Source: Malacoraja senta | Lineage: Eukaryota | Assembly: GCA_038087875.1 (NCBI GenBank) | Contig: CM075996.1 | Coordinates: 5,024,001 to 5,088,000 of the forward strand | Reading direction: 5' to 3' | Length of the DNA stretch: 64,000 nucleotides | Shown here: one piece after another, positions 50,829-64,000 of the stretch | How the letters are laid out: every line of letters begins with the position of its first letter | Numbering within the stretch: position 1 is the first letter of the stretch | Notes under the pieces: generated by a model | The model's input: only the letters and a program-made list of their open reading frames with translations | Database searches by the model: none | Told to the model about the DNA's origin: nothing | Translations under genes and position numbers: made by a program

Positions 50829-52060
50829 CCTCATGTGATCTAACTTTCCGGATGGGCCTCCCATGTAGGAAGATAATATAGTCCACATAGACAAAGTGAC
50901 ATCGGTAAAAAATTGTAAATTGTCCCTATTGTGTAGGATAGTGCTAGTGTACGGGGTGATCGCTGGTTGGCGTGGACTCAGTGGGCCGAAAGGGCCTGTT
51001 TCTGTGCTGTATCTCCAAACTAAAACGTAACTACATTTAAACAGATAAGGAGTAACACTGGACAGGCCACTGGCATTGACTGAGGCACTGAATTTGAACA
51101 TTATAAGTCAGCTCAGTACAATCAACCTCACAAAGTCCTCCTCACAAATACCGGGCGGCTGGTGTCTAAATGGAGAGGTGCAACTCACATAGTTGAGCCA
51201 CAGCCTGACACAATCATGTGTAGGAAGGAACTGCAGATGCTGGTTTAAACCAAAGATAGACACAGAACGCTGGAGTAACCCAGCGCGACAGGCAGCACCT
51301 CTGGAGAGAAGGAATGGGTGACGTTTCGGGTCGAGACGGGTCTGTCTGTCTGAAGAAGGGTCCCGACCTGCAACGTCACCCATTCCTTCTCTCCAGAGAT
51401 GCTGCCTGTCCCGCTGAGTTACTCCAGCTTTTTGTGTCTACCTTCAGCCAAACACAATTACATGCTCTGGCTAATTCGCCCAGTTTCGGGTCGAGATCCA
51501 TGTACATTGCCCCTAATGTGTAGGATAGTATAGTGTGTGAAGTGATCGTTGATCAGCTGGGACTCGGTGGGCTGAAGGGCTTGTTTAAGCCCTTCCAATT
51601 ATGTGTTTTGTATTTTTGTGATTCTATGCATTGTAAGGTGTCCTTGGGTTTTAGAAAGGCGCCAGTAAATAAAATGAATTATTATTATTATATTATTAAG
51701 CGCTTGTTTACGTGCTGTATCTCTAAAGTCCAAAGAGTGTAAACGGGTGATAGATGGTCAGCACAGATGGGGTGAAGGGCCCTATGACTATGACGTTAGG
51801 ATCTGAAATACATTTCCTGAGTCTCTTTGCTTTTCAGTCTTTCAAGATCACCTTGTAAGCTTGCCTTTCTAGTAAAACATTTACCCTAATGTCTCTTTTA
51901 TAGCTCAGCGTCAATATTTGTTTCATTATATTCCTGTGTTTCTATTATTATTTAATGCTTTCCATACAAGGAACATAAAATCTCTGTGCAGCTGCAGTCC
52001 ACATTCTTACCATTCAGAAAATACTCTCATGTATCATTCTTGTCATTTGACATTTCCTTA

Positions 52061-52409
52061 AGGGCCAGTCCCGCTTTCCCGAGTTATTCACGAATTCTCC
52101 TGAGTTATTCACGAATTCTCCCGAGTTTTCAAACTGGAAGAATGTTCGTAACGAGTCCGCAGGAGTCCGTGGATATATCGTAGCGGCTCGTTATGCCAGA
52201 CGTAGGTACTCGGGGCATTGGGACGTTTATTCCAGCCTGATGAAAAATGTCCACGAGTAAAAAAATAGCCCCGAGTACCTACGGCTGGCATAACGAGTCG
52301 CTACGATATATCCGCTTGTTACGAACATTCTGTGAGTTTGAAAACTCGGGAGAATTCGTGAATAACCCAGCAGAATTCGTGAATAACTAGGGAAAGTGGG
52401 ACAGGCCCT
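52061..52409. mobile_element. PIF/Harbinger-type palindromic MITE
   Basis: TTA|AGGGCCAGTCCCGCTTTCCC...GGGAAAGTGGGACAGGCCCT|TTA. Long inverted arms with a duplicated GAGTTATTCACGAATTCTCC. Confidence 0.85.
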
Positions 52410-53537
52410 TTATTCTGAACCTATTTGCACACGATTTTGCCCACTTAATATACAGATACAATACTGGCATTTAAGAGGCTTTTGGAAAGGTTCATGGATA
52501 TGCAGAGAATGGAGGGATATGGATCACGTGCGTGCGGGCAGAGCAGAGCAGATCAGCTTAACTTGGCACCATGTTTGGCTCTGATATTGTGGCCTGTTCC
52601 TATGCTGGTATGGTTCTATGACTCCAAATTTCCAGAGAAGTTTCTGACTATGGAGTCATAGAGTTTTACAGTGTGGAAACAGGCCCTTTGGCCCAACGTG
52701 CCCACACCAGCCAACATGTCCCATTTGCACTAGCCCCATCTGTTTGCGTTTGTCACACATCTCTCTAAACCGGTCCTATCCACGTACCTGTCCAAATGTT
52801 TCGTAAATGTTTCCAGATGTTGATATTCAGAATATGTACAGGTTTGTGGACCCAGAACTTTTCCTATATTTATCATTTTCAGGATGCGGGTGTCACTGTG
52901 TGCGTGAGGCCGCCATTTACTGCCCTTTTCCTAAACCCAATATGATGGGCTGAAGGGCCTGTTCCTGTGCTGTATTGTTCTATGTTCTAAACTACCAACG
53001 TCACTTTGCAACATTCTCTAAAGCGATACTTAATTTAGTACCAATGCAAATTTGGATGTGGCTTTCAATTCGTCCACATTATTTACGGACTTATTCAAAT
53101 GCTGCAGCTCCGGTACAGATTGTCACCACAAGTGACACACTCCTAACGTGATCCCTGTATCTATTATCCCCTACTGTCCCAACCTTCCAACCAATTCCCA
53201 TCCCATGGAAATAGGTCGCTCCCAATTCCACGGTCTCCCATTTTTAATAAAATTATTTTGACCGAAGACTTGCTGTGTATCTCTGGCTCCACACAAACCG
53301 CATCCATAGACGTGACTCTCTAACTTCAAGTAACTCTTGCTTTCCCTCTCTCTCCGACCCCTCCCCCATCCTAGTCCTCCGACAAGGGGACTGTTGGGGA
53401 TCTCCCCAAAACCGAAGGCGGAGTTGAATTAGATTTGAAGTGAACGACTCAAATTGCTGAGTAACTTTATCGCTCTTAACTTTAGTTTAGTTTAGAGATA
53501 CAGCACGGAAACAGGCCCTTCGGCCCATCGAGTCCGC

Positions 53538-53754
<217 letters not shown>

Positions 53755-54335
53755 GATACATAGATACATAGAAAATAGGTGCAGGAGTAGGCCATTCGGC
53801 CCATTCAATATGATCATGGCTGATCATCCAACTCAGTATCCCGTACCTGCCTTCTCTCCATACCCCCTGATCCCTTTAGCCACAAGGGCCACATCTAACT
53901 CCCTCTTAAATATAGCCAATGAACTGGCGTCAACTACCCTCTGTGGCAGAGAGTTCCAGAGATTCACCACTCTCTGTGTGAAAAAGTTTTTCCTCATCTC
54001 GGTCTTAAAGGATTTCCCCTTATCCTTAAGCTGTGACCCCTTGTCCTGGACTTCCCCAACATCGGGAACAATCTTCCTGCATCTAGCCTGTCCAACCCCA
54101 TAAGAATTTTGTACGTTTCTATAAGATCCCCTCTCAATCTCCTAAATTCTAGCGAGTATAAGCCAAGTCTATCCAGTCTTTCTTCATGTGAAAGTCCTGA
54201 CATCCCAGGAATCAGTCTGGTGAACCTTCTCTGCACTCCCTCTATGGCTATAATGTCCTTCCTCAGATTTGGAGACCCAAACTGTACGCAATACTCCAGG
54301 TGTGGTCTCACCAAGACCCTGTACAACTGCAGCAG
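53755..54335 (-). mobile_element. CR1 LINE 3' fragment
   Basis: LQLYRVLVRPHLEYCVQFGSPNLRKDIIAIEGVQRRFTRLIPG. Confidence 0.9.
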
Positions 54336-56510
54336 AACACACGACAGACACACACGACAATTTTACAGTTATACCAAGCAGATTAACCTACAAACCTGTT
54401 CGTCTTTGGAGTGTGGGAGGGAACTGAAGATCTCGGAGAAACCCATGCCGGTCACGGGAAGAACGTACAAACTCCGTACACTCAGCTCCCATAGTCAGGA
54501 TTGAACCTGGGTCTCTGGGGACTGTGAGGCAGTATATCTACCGCTGCACCACCGAGCCGCCCAACTGATTTGGTAACTTTCCACAACCAATGTTAGACAG
54601 ACAGGCTCACAATTTCTGGGTTTCTCTCTCGCAACCTTTTAAAATATTATTATCAGTGGCCCAATCTGATGGGGCAATTTCTGAATCCGCTTTAGAAGAT
54701 TGCAATGCTGCTTCCATGCCTACATCAAATCTGAAGTAAGTTTGGAGCACTCTTTTCAAATGACAAAACTTTAAACCCAAGTAGTTTATTAACTAATGGT
54801 ATTAAGGTATTTGTGGCAAAGGGGTCAATCATAACTCCACTGAATGAAAGAACGAGACCGAGGGCCTTAATAGCTTATCATTGTTCATATCTTCTGTACT
54901 GCGGCTAAAAAATAGTCTGACTTGAAATGTGTTGATATTTATTTCAAATATGTTTTTAAGCTTAAAGCTGATAGTTTTTCCTGCTGATTTAGTTTTACTT
55001 TCTCTTGCGTGTTTCTGAAACTTTTTCTGCCACTTCCTTATTTGCAAGTCTGATGTCACCGATGCCTGTCCCCAGGGGTGGCCCAACATTAAACTTAAGT
55101 CACACTCTCTTTCTATTAAGACGTACTTATGGTTTTAGTATTGTCACTTGTGAGGTTTTTCTCCGTCTCACTTTTGGAAGCTCTTCCCATTTCCTTTCTA
55201 TTTCTTTGTGCTGCTGAAAGCCTCTCCTTGGCACCTTTATTTTTCCCCGACTTGGATAGTTTGTATCACTCATCCTCACCTTTCCCATAGCCAACAATGG
55301 ACCATTGTGGGCTCCACCTTTCCTTGATCATCGTAGCTGGCTTTGAGTTGCTTTTTTTTGCACATCTCTCATTCCCTTGACCTGTGCACTTGTTTCCATG
55401 AAGAAGGGTTTCGGCCCGAAACCTTGCCTATTTCCTTCGCTCCATAGATGCTGCCGCACCCGCTGAGTTTCTCCAGCAATTTTGTCTACCTTTGATTTTC
55501 CAGCATCTGCAGTTCCTTCTTGAACACTTGTTTCCCTCTCTCCCTCCCCCTATATTATAACACCCTAACTTTTGAGTTCAGTTAGTCAAAGATAAATCTT
55601 TTGCATAATTTCCACGGCAGTGTGTTTGTGCACTGCCCATTAACAATGTAGGAGTATTCTTTTGATTAAATTGTTCACTGATCAAATGGTAAGCCTGTTG
55701 AATCTAGTGTCTGGGTTGATCCTGAAGGACACAAACCAAAAAGGTCCCAGATTTGAACGTACACAAAAATGCTGGAGAAACTCAGCGGGTGCAGCAGCAT
55801 CTATGGAGCGAAGGAAATAGGTAACGTTTCGGGCCGAAACCCTTCTTCAGACTGATAGGGGGTGGGGAGAAGAAAGGAAAAAAGGAAAAAGACGGAGGAG
55901 GAGCCCGAGGGCTGGGGGAGGGGAGGAGACAACCAGATGGCTGATGAAGGGGAGGGGACAGCAAGGGCCACCAGATTTGAGTTGGTACAGTGGCTGGTAG
56001 AGCAGCTGCCTTGCATCACCAGTGGCTGGAGTACAATCCTGACCTCAGGCGCGGTCTGTGTGGAGTTTGCACGTTCTCCCTGTGACTGCATGGGTTTCCT
56101 CTGGTTGCTCTGGGTTCTTCCCGCATCTCAAAGACATATGGCTTTGTAGATTAAAGATAGGCACAAAATGCTGGAGTATCTCAGTGGGACAGGCAGCATC
56201 TCTGGAGAGAAGGAATGGGTGACGTTTCGGGTCGAGACCCTTCTTCAGACTGATGTCAGGGGAATCGGCGGCACATAGATAAAGTGTATGGATAAGGAAG
56301 TGTGAGGTGTGAAAAGGGGACAAAGGGAATGGAGATGAAGGAAAATGTAGAATAGATCATTGTTAGTTGGGAGAAGGTAACAACAAAGCAAACAAAGATA
56401 AAATGTAAGTGGCCTCTGTACGTTGTCCCCAGTGTTTAAGGAATGGCTGAGAAGGTAATGTAAAACTAATGTGAACAGGTAAACAATGGTCAGTTTAGAC
56501 TCAGTGGCTG

Positions 56511-56846
56511 ACAGATGGCGCAATGGGCTAAGTGTTCGGCTGGCAACCGGAAGGTAGCTGGTTCGAATCCCGCTTGGAGTGCATACTGTCGTTGTGTCCT
56601 TGGGCAAGACACTTCACCCACCTTTGCCTGCGTGTGAATGTGTGTGAGTGATTGGTGGTGGTCGGAGGGGCCGTAGGCGCAGATTAGCAGCCACGCTTCC
56701 GTCAGTCTGCCCCAGGGCAGCTGTGGCTACAGAAGTAGCTCACCACCACCGAGTGTGACTGAGGAGTGAATGAATAATGCGATGTAAAGCGCCTTGAGTA
56801 TTAGAAAGGCGCTATATAAATCCAATCCATTATTATTATTATTATT
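56511..56846 (+). mobile_element. tRNA-derived CORE-type SINE with L2 tail
   Basis: A box TGGCGCAATGG, B box GGTTCGAATCC, CORE-like GTGTCCTTGGGCAAGACACTT, L2 tail TGTAAAGCGCCTTGAG...AAAGGCGCTATATAAAT...(ATT)n. Confidence 0.8.
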
Positions 56847-56990
56847 AAATGGCCTGTTTCCACAATATATCTCCAAATCAGCTTCTTGGTAGATGACATA
56901 AAATTGACCAAAACTAATTTACCAACTGCAAAACATTTTGCAAACAGTACGATGGAAATCATTTTTATTTTGTTTTAGCACCATTTGGTA

Positions 56991-57074
56991 CAGGTCCACC
57001 ACCGATTTTCTGACACGCTTGGTTCCAGAGCCTTGCGTATTATCCGTTTTGCCAGACCAACAGAAGTCACGGCC

Positions 57075-57126
<52 letters not shown>

Positions 57127-57201
57127 CGAGATACCGGACAGGAAATTCGGCTTCAGAAGTCGGCTATGGGAAGAGATCTGCCAGGGTTGGCAGTGGACCC
57201 A
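56991..57201. mobile_element. Tc1/mariner-type MITE with ~50-nt poly-G
   Basis: TA|CAGGTCCACC start and GTGGACCC end. Related to 4977-5330. Confidence 0.5.
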
Positions 57202-58084
57202 AACTTCATCTCAAACATATTAAAAATATCATAAAGTTTTTTTGGTCACTGCAAATTACAGACTTACTTGTTGAGTAGATGTTGGTCATGAGGTGTTGTA
57301 GTTGTTGAAGGCACTGGATGATGAGATTAAATGGATTCAAAGCAAGAACTGGGATGAGAAGTCCATGATCCAGCTCCCACTTTGTACTGAGTTCATCGGC
57401 TCAGTTGCGGCTCAGATGGAGCGTGCGTCTAGATCAGCAGAAGGAAAGATCTGGAAACAAAAATAGAAACAGATGAAAATATGAATTTGGCACCTTGAAT
57501 ATGTATCACTTTAATAATATGTCCTTGGTTACAAACACTGGATTTAAGGACAAGGATCACGTGCAGGTAGAGGAGATTAGTTTAACTTGCCCTTTTCAGG
57601 ACAAAAAGTGCTGGAGTAACTCAATGGGAGACAAAAATGCTGGACAAACTCAGCGGGTGAGGCAGCATCTATGGAGCGAAGGAATAGGTGACGTTTCGGG
57701 TCGAGACCCTTCTTCAGACTCAATGGGTCAGGCAGCATCTCTGTAGAACATGAAGGTCCTGACCCGCAGCCTCATCTATCCATGTTCCTTTCCAGAGCTT
57801 CTCATACATACCCTTCATTCCCCAAATACATCCCACTCGCTCTCATCCAGCTTTCTTCCCACCCACTCCATCTACCATCATCCACACACTCCAACGATCA
57901 GGTCCCTTTCCCGCTCCGTGGAACTTGCTCAGTTGGATAACACTGTCGGCATGGATGAGCTGGGGCATGGGGCCTGTTCCCACAGTTTGCAGCTCTATCA
58001 TTAGATATTGTAATGGAGGGTCATCTAATTCATGCTCAGTTCTTGGAGTGGAAAGAGTCATTGCACTCGAAACCAACGGGGCCA

Positions 58085-58760
58085 ATAGACAATAGGTGCA
58101 GGAGTAGGCCATTTGGCCCTTCGAGCCAGCACCGCCATTCAATGTGATCATGGCTGATCACCCCCTATCAGTACCCCCGTTCCTGCCTTCTCCCCATATT
58201 CCCTGACTCCGCTATTTTTAAGAGCCCTATCTAGCTCTCTCTTGAAAGCATCCAGAGAACCTGCCTCCACCGTCCTCTGAGGCAGAGAATTCCACAGACT
58301 CACCACTCTCTGTGAGAAAAAGTGTCTCCTCATCTCCGTTCTAAATGGTTTACTCCTTATTCTTAAACTGTGGCCCCTGGTTCTGGACTCCCCCAACATC
58401 GGGAACATGTTTCCTGCCTCTAGTGTGTCCAAGCCCTTAACAATCTTATATGTTTCAATGAGATCCCCTCTCATCCTTCTAAACTCCAGAGTGTACAAGC
58501 CCAGCTGCTCCGTTCTCTCAGCATATGACAGTCCCGCCATCCTGGGAATTAACCTTGTAAACCTACGCTGCACTCCCTCAATAGCAAGAATGTCCTTCCT
58601 CAAATTAGGGGACCAAAACTGCACACAATACTCCAGGTGTGGTCTCACCAGGGCTCTGTACAACTGCAGAAGGACCTCTTTGCTCCTATATTCGATTCCT
58701 ATTGTTATAAAGGCCAGCATGCCATTCGCTTTCTTCACTGCCTGCTGTACCTGCATGCTT
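58085..58760 (-). mobile_element. CR1 LINE ORF2 3' fragment (open over 202 aa)
   Basis: QVQQAVKKANGMLAFI...LVRPHLEYCVQFWSP... Confidence 0.92.
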
Positions 58761-60192
58761 AGGGGAAAAACAACAACATTGGCACATCATGTCCTAGAGT
58801 GAAACACAATCAAGGAATTACTTTCGAAGGCGCGATCATACCTGGTGGGCAAACATGGCAACCAATTTATGCACAAAGGTTTGTTAAAGATAAATTAACC
58901 TGATGCGAATGGTATTACTCGAGGAAGAATGGCTTGGCTAACTCAGCTGAGATCTTCCTTTCAATAGGTTCACAGATCCTCCCATTTCAAAGCCTGGGGC
59001 ACAACTAAAAATCTAATCCAAATTACAATGAAACCATTAGAAAGACTCAGCCGGTCAGTCAGTATCTGTGGGAAGAGAAAACAGAATTAATATTTCAGGG
59101 CCAACTATCAACGTCTAATTCACATGACAATAGGCCTCTGGAGATGTAACAAAATGTCCCTCGAGGCATTACAAACACATTGTTAAAATATTATACAGTC
59201 TAAGTATGAAGTATTGACAATAAGTGCCTTGAGCAGTTTACAGATGGAAGTCCAATGCTTAAGACCAACGAAACATTGAAAATAGAAGGTCCATGTTCTT
59301 TGGAGTTTAGAAGATAGATTTTATTGAAAGATACAAAATCCTCAGGGTAGGTGGAGATACTTGCACTAGTAAGAGAATCTCAAACAAGGGAACACAGCTT
59401 CAAGGTAGACAAAAATGCTGGAGAAACTCAGCGGGTGAGACAGCACCTTCGCTCCATAGATGCTGTCTCACCCGCTGAGTTTCTCCAGCATTTTTGTCTA
59501 CCTTCGATTTTCCAGCATCTGCAGTTCCTTTTTAAACAGCTTCAAGGTTGTGTTTCATCGTGAGACACTCGGAATTTTCCTCTCGCCAAGGGTGGTGAAT
59601 CTCTGGAATTCTCTGCCATGCAGAGTTGTGAGGGCGGGAATCAGTAGAAGTTTTTAAGTGAGGTTTGATACATTTTTGAAAGGTCGGGGTTCCGTGCAAT
59701 GGTTCTTTGTCGTCACGTCTGCACACCACTGTGAAATTCTCTTGCACAACTCACAAATGCACGGTTGCCGTATTTTGAAGTCCAAAGTCCACATGTTTGG
59801 GGGGAAAATTTGGCACAGTGGAGGAGTTGAGGCCCGAGACAGATCAACCATGATATATTGAACAGTGGGCCTTGTAGACTATTCTCTTGTGCAAAACAAA
59901 AAGTGCTGGAGGAACTCGATGGGTCAGGCAGCATCTATGGAGGGAATGAACATACGACATTTAGGGGAGGTAGTATCTCTGGATAGAAGGAATGGGTGAC
60001 GTTTTGGTTCGAGACCCTTAACGTCACCCATTCCTTCTCTCCACGGATGCTGCTTGTTCCGCTGAGTTACTCCAGCGTTTTGTGTCTACCTTTGGTTTAA
60101 ACCAGCATCTGTAGTTACTTCCATCAGTACAGTGTCTTGCCATGAGGTACAGTGAAAAGCTTTTTGTTGCATGCTAACCAGTCAGCAGAAAG

Positions 60193-60427
60193 ACTTCTTC
60201 TTCTTGCGTATGGCGTGCACAGCCTAAAGTTGTAGGACAACTTGTTCTATTTGAAGGTACACAAAAATGCTGGAGAAACTCAGCGGGTGCAGCAGCATCT
60301 ATGGAGCGAAGGAAATAGGTAACGTTTCGGGCCGAAACCCTTCTTCAGATTGTTCTATTTGATCTTACTTGGTTGATTCCATTCGTCGAAACAGGGCGGA
60401 CCACGTGAAGGTTGCAATCTCCCACCC
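60193..60427 (-). mobile_element. Short retroposed fragment with (AAG)n tail, containing a nested 95-bp Penelope-type unit
   Basis: Outer TSD CAGCAGAAAG (60183-60192, 60428-60437). Inner insert 60255-60349 with TSD TTGTTCTATTTGA. Confidence 0.65.
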
Positions 60428-60746
60428 CAGCAGAAAGTCCTACAACATAAGACATTTTGGGGTGGGTCCCTTCTTCAGACTGAAAGACAACATTCCTTGT
60501 CCCTCGTTCCAGCGACCCTTCCTCCTGTCTGTCCATTTCCCACCACAGATGTTGTCCGACTCGCAGAGTTCCTCCAGCACTTTGTGTGTTTTGTTCAAGA
60601 TTCCAGCATCTGCATTTTCTTGTGCCGACTTCATTGAGCTCCTGTGAACCTCATAATTGGATGATAGCGAACAAGAGGTTAGTCAAAGATGAGGATGATA
60701 GGATGCAAATGTCACAACCGTTCTTTTCCTGGGGTGTTCTTAAGAG

Positions 60747-60981
60747 CAGGGGTCCCCAACTTTTTTTCGTCCCGTTCACCCCTGGCAACTTTAATAGCAC
60801 ATAACAATGTTATTTCACTTATTTATGAACAACTAATGATGAACAGATACCGGTATACCAGAACCAAACACAGTCAGTCAATGAGAAAACATATGTACAA
60901 ATCCAAAATCAACAAATTTACCCCCTGTGTAGGCAAAATTTACCCTCTGGGGGTATATTTACCCCAGGTTGGGAACCCTTG
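60747..60981. mobile_element. hAT-Charlie-like MITE
   Basis: TIR CAGGGGTCCCCAAC / GTTGGGAACCCTTG. TSD poorly preserved. Confidence 0.65.
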
Positions 60982-61924
60982 GTTTACGGGGTCCCACCAC
61001 TGTTTAGTTTAGTTTAGAGATACAGTGTGGTAACAGGCCCTTCGGCCCACCAGGTCCGCCCCAACCAGTGATCCCCGCTCATTAACACCATCCTACACAC
61101 ACTAGTGACAATCTTACATTTATACAAGTCAATTAATCGACAAACCTGTACGTCTTTGGAGCGTGGGGGGAAACTGAAGATCTCGGAGAAAACCCACGCA
61201 GGTCACGGGGAGAAGGTATATAAACTCCATACAGGCAGCACCCGTGGTCGGGATCGAACCCGGGTCCCTGGCGCTGTCCCTGTGCCACCGCGGTTGAATC
61301 ATTTTACAGGATTCCTAACCAACAGCAGAGACTCCATTGTCAAGTTCAGTGCCCAGTAAAAACTGACCCACAGAATGTAAATTCAATCCTGAATGTATTT
61401 TAACTTAACAGCAAGAGCTACTGTTAGGCACCTGGTTCAGAGAGATTGGGTTTCTTGTTGCTATTCCAGTGTTGAGCGGTCCAGGCATTACACAGGCATG
61501 CGCATCAGGGATACGCTTCAGTTCAGTTCAGTTTATTGTCACGTGTACAGAGGTACAGTGAAAAGCTTGTGTTACGTGCTAACCAGTCAGCAGAAAGACA
61601 ATACACGATCACACTCAATCCATTTACACATTTTATAGTGTATAGATACATGATAAGGGAATATCATTTAGTGCAAGGTAAAGCCAGCAAAGTCCGATCA
61701 AGGATAGTCCGAGGGTCACCAATGAGGTAGATAGTAGTTCAGGACTGCTCTCTGGTTGTGGTAGGATGATTCAGTTGCCTGATAACAGCTGGGAAGAAAC
61801 TGTCTCTGTGAAGAGGTTCATGTGTTGCATAAACACTCGGTTTAATATTTAAACGATACAGCTCAACAATTAGTACAAAAGGGCAAGGTGTGTGTGTTAA
61901 CGTGTTGACTGTGAAGTGAAGACC

Positions 61925-62292
61925 CAAAGATCCTATAGCGGAGCAAGATAGATCACTCCTGCTAAACGCAATGGGCTGACGTGTAGTACGCAACGGAACG
62001 GAACGTGGGCCTTTTTTTCATCCATTTCCGTAACCCGACCCGCAGTGTAATCAACGTTGCGGGGGAACAGTTTGTGTGAATAAATTAAAATTCTGAAAAT
62101 GAGAAGATTTTTAACCAAATAACTTATTTTTACGAGGATGTTTCCGTCTCCGCACTAGTATCCTATGGGATCTTTGGTGCGGAGACGGAAGCCGGTTACG
62201 GAAATGGGGCCGAAAATTACCCATGAATCTGCCCATGACCGTACTACGACTTTTTCGTCGAGTGATCTATCTTGCTTGCCATAGGGTCTTTG
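61925..62292. mobile_element. hAT-type MITE, copy 3
   Basis: Same TIR as 42259-42669. GTGAAGAC on both flanks, with one extra C on the left. Confidence 0.85.
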
Positions 62293-63507
62293 GTGAAGAC
62301 TAACTCCGTCGTCTGCTCCACCCCACCAGCTGACCACCCAGGTCGGCGTTGATTGTTCGACCAGGTCCACTCGAGTGTTTGAGCTCGACGATCGATAGTT
62401 CGAGACCAAAGGGGCTCGGCCCGGCACACCTGAATCTGATGGTGATATTTAGGTCTCCCACATAATTCACTCACCGTCTAAGAAGAGCAGTCACTCGGCT
62501 GAATTGTCAGACATTGCCGGGCAGGAGCCCAAACAAGTCCGTACCTAGAGGAGAGAAAGAAAGAAGTATATGATCTGCAACGTGCTGCCCAAAATAAGGC
62601 AATAGAAGCAGATTCAAAGGCAACTTTCCAAGAGGGAATTGGATAGATGCTCGGAAACATTTATCAGGCGTTGAGCAAGAGTAGGGGAGCGAGACCAAGT
62701 GTAAAGGCCTCCCAATGGGCTGGCAACAGCCCAATGGGCAGAAGGATCGCATTCAGTCCTGCCTACTGTTGCAGAAGAGACTGTGCCATTGTGCTAGATC
62801 TGAAACGAGTCAAAGAGGAGAAAGCATGCGTGATTTCGATGACTTCAGGAAAACATTGCATGGCTTTGTGGCACAAGAGAAGGAGCGTGAAGGCCAATGG
62901 AGTTGCTTCAATCCTTCTCTCTGCCCTCAAAGGACAGTGGCAGGAGCAATAAAGCTCCTCAGATTCATCAGTAACTATTTGACTTCCTTTGGCTAAACTT
63001 AGAATCTCTCACAGTACTCTCATTAAGCTGCCGCACATACATTTTATTTTTAGTAGTTCATCTCACTCCTCTTTCGTGACTGTTATTCTGCTTTAGTGAT
63101 CATTGCGTGGCTGAACCCAATCGATGAGAACAAGCTCTTTGTCCACTGGCAACATGACGGCCGTGATTGACAAGGTCTTCACACAATCGGCAGCTGGTTC
63201 TAATGGAAACCCAGCAGAAGTGTGAACGCTGACTGATGTCGACACTCCACTAATGACCGACTTTTAAAGATGTCCATTTGTATCCAGGCTGCTACAAAGC
63301 ATATTACCAGCTGATGATGGCCTTCTGAAAAGTAGTCACCCGTAACGTAATCGGAAAAACATGGTGGTCAAATTTGGACAACAAACAGTGGCCATCCCGC
63401 AAGCTCCCAGAAAGAGCAATGACACAATGGCCAAGGGCGGCACGGTGGCGCAGCGGTAGTGTTGCTGCCTCACAGCGCCAGAGACCCGAGCTTGATACTG
63501 ACTGCGG

Positions 63508-63938
63508 GTCTGCGGGCGGCGGCGCTGAACTTTAACAACGGGAGCCTGGGATCTCTCGCCGAGATCGCCAGTGGTGGAGCTCCATCCAGCGCGGCCTGTT
63601 GGCTTCGGAAGCCGCGGTCTCGAGTAAGGAGGCGGCCGTTCCAGGTGTCCCAAGCCGCTGAGAGGGTTCTCCCGACACCGGAGCACCATCACCCGGCGAG
63701 AACGGCCTGGAACCTCGGACCTCCGTGGAGGCGACTGTGGAGGCCTATATAGGCCCGACTATGGGTGGACATGGGATGGGGACTGGACTTTGTGCCTTCT
63801 CCCACAGTGGGAACCATTGTGGGGGGATGTTTTTATGTTTTATGTTAAATTTCTTTAATGTTGTGTCTAATTTGTGCTGCATGGCAAGACAAATTCACTA
63901 CACCATTTGGTGTATGTGACAATAAATGTCCTTTGTCC
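63508..63938 (+). mobile_element. Second copy of the GC-rich retroposon, inserted in an HE1-like SINE
   Basis: Body matches 40402-40757 but has a different tail (AAATTCACTACACC...GTGACAATAAA). SINE head at 63435-63507 resumes at ~63939. Confidence 0.65.
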
Positions 63939-64000
63939 TACGGATGCTGTCTGCACGGAATTTGCACGTTCTCCCAGTGATCAGGTGGGTTTTCTCCGGG

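Noticed and set aside
54829..55217. Possible coding exon on the minus strand (K/E-rich)
   Set aside because: Stops interrupt the frames I read; no recognisable protein and no convincing splice sites.
62647..62996. Non-repetitive ORFs that might be an exon of a neighbouring gene
   Set aside because: No similarity I can recognise and no clear donor site; would need BLASTX or RNA-seq.

Overview
Repeat-rich vertebrate genomic DNA, most likely a cartilaginous fish such as a skate or ray (inferred from HE1-like V-SINEs, HER1/CR1 LINEs and a Deu-domain SINE). The only host gene I can support is the 5' end of a p300/CBP acetyltransferase, most likely EP300, on the minus strand. Its first coding exon is 12116-12032 (MAENLLDGPPSAKRPKISSPAPPTSDGT, phase-1 GT donor). 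It lies in a CpG island with YY1, E-box, CRE-like and GC-box motifs, and bases 1-12031 are intron 1. The ~50 kb upstream is mostly transposable elements. These include a Tc1 (DD34E) inside an L1 inside a CR1, with L1 and Tc1 TSDs visible; CR1, L2 and Rex1 LINE fragments; a Penelope GIY-YIG remnant; and many short Penelope-type units carrying a minimal hammerhead-ribozyme-like motif, several of them ~90-130 bp insertions with their own 7-14 bp TSDs. There are also Harbinger-, hAT- and TcMar-type MITEs, a 700-bp foldback element, SINEs, a tRNA-Arg(CCT) pseudogene and a 1.1-kb polypurine satellite. I see no prokaryote-style novel system. The best leads are the hammerhead-bearing mini-retroelements and the MITE and foldback families. 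Family assignments are from recognition, not database searches.
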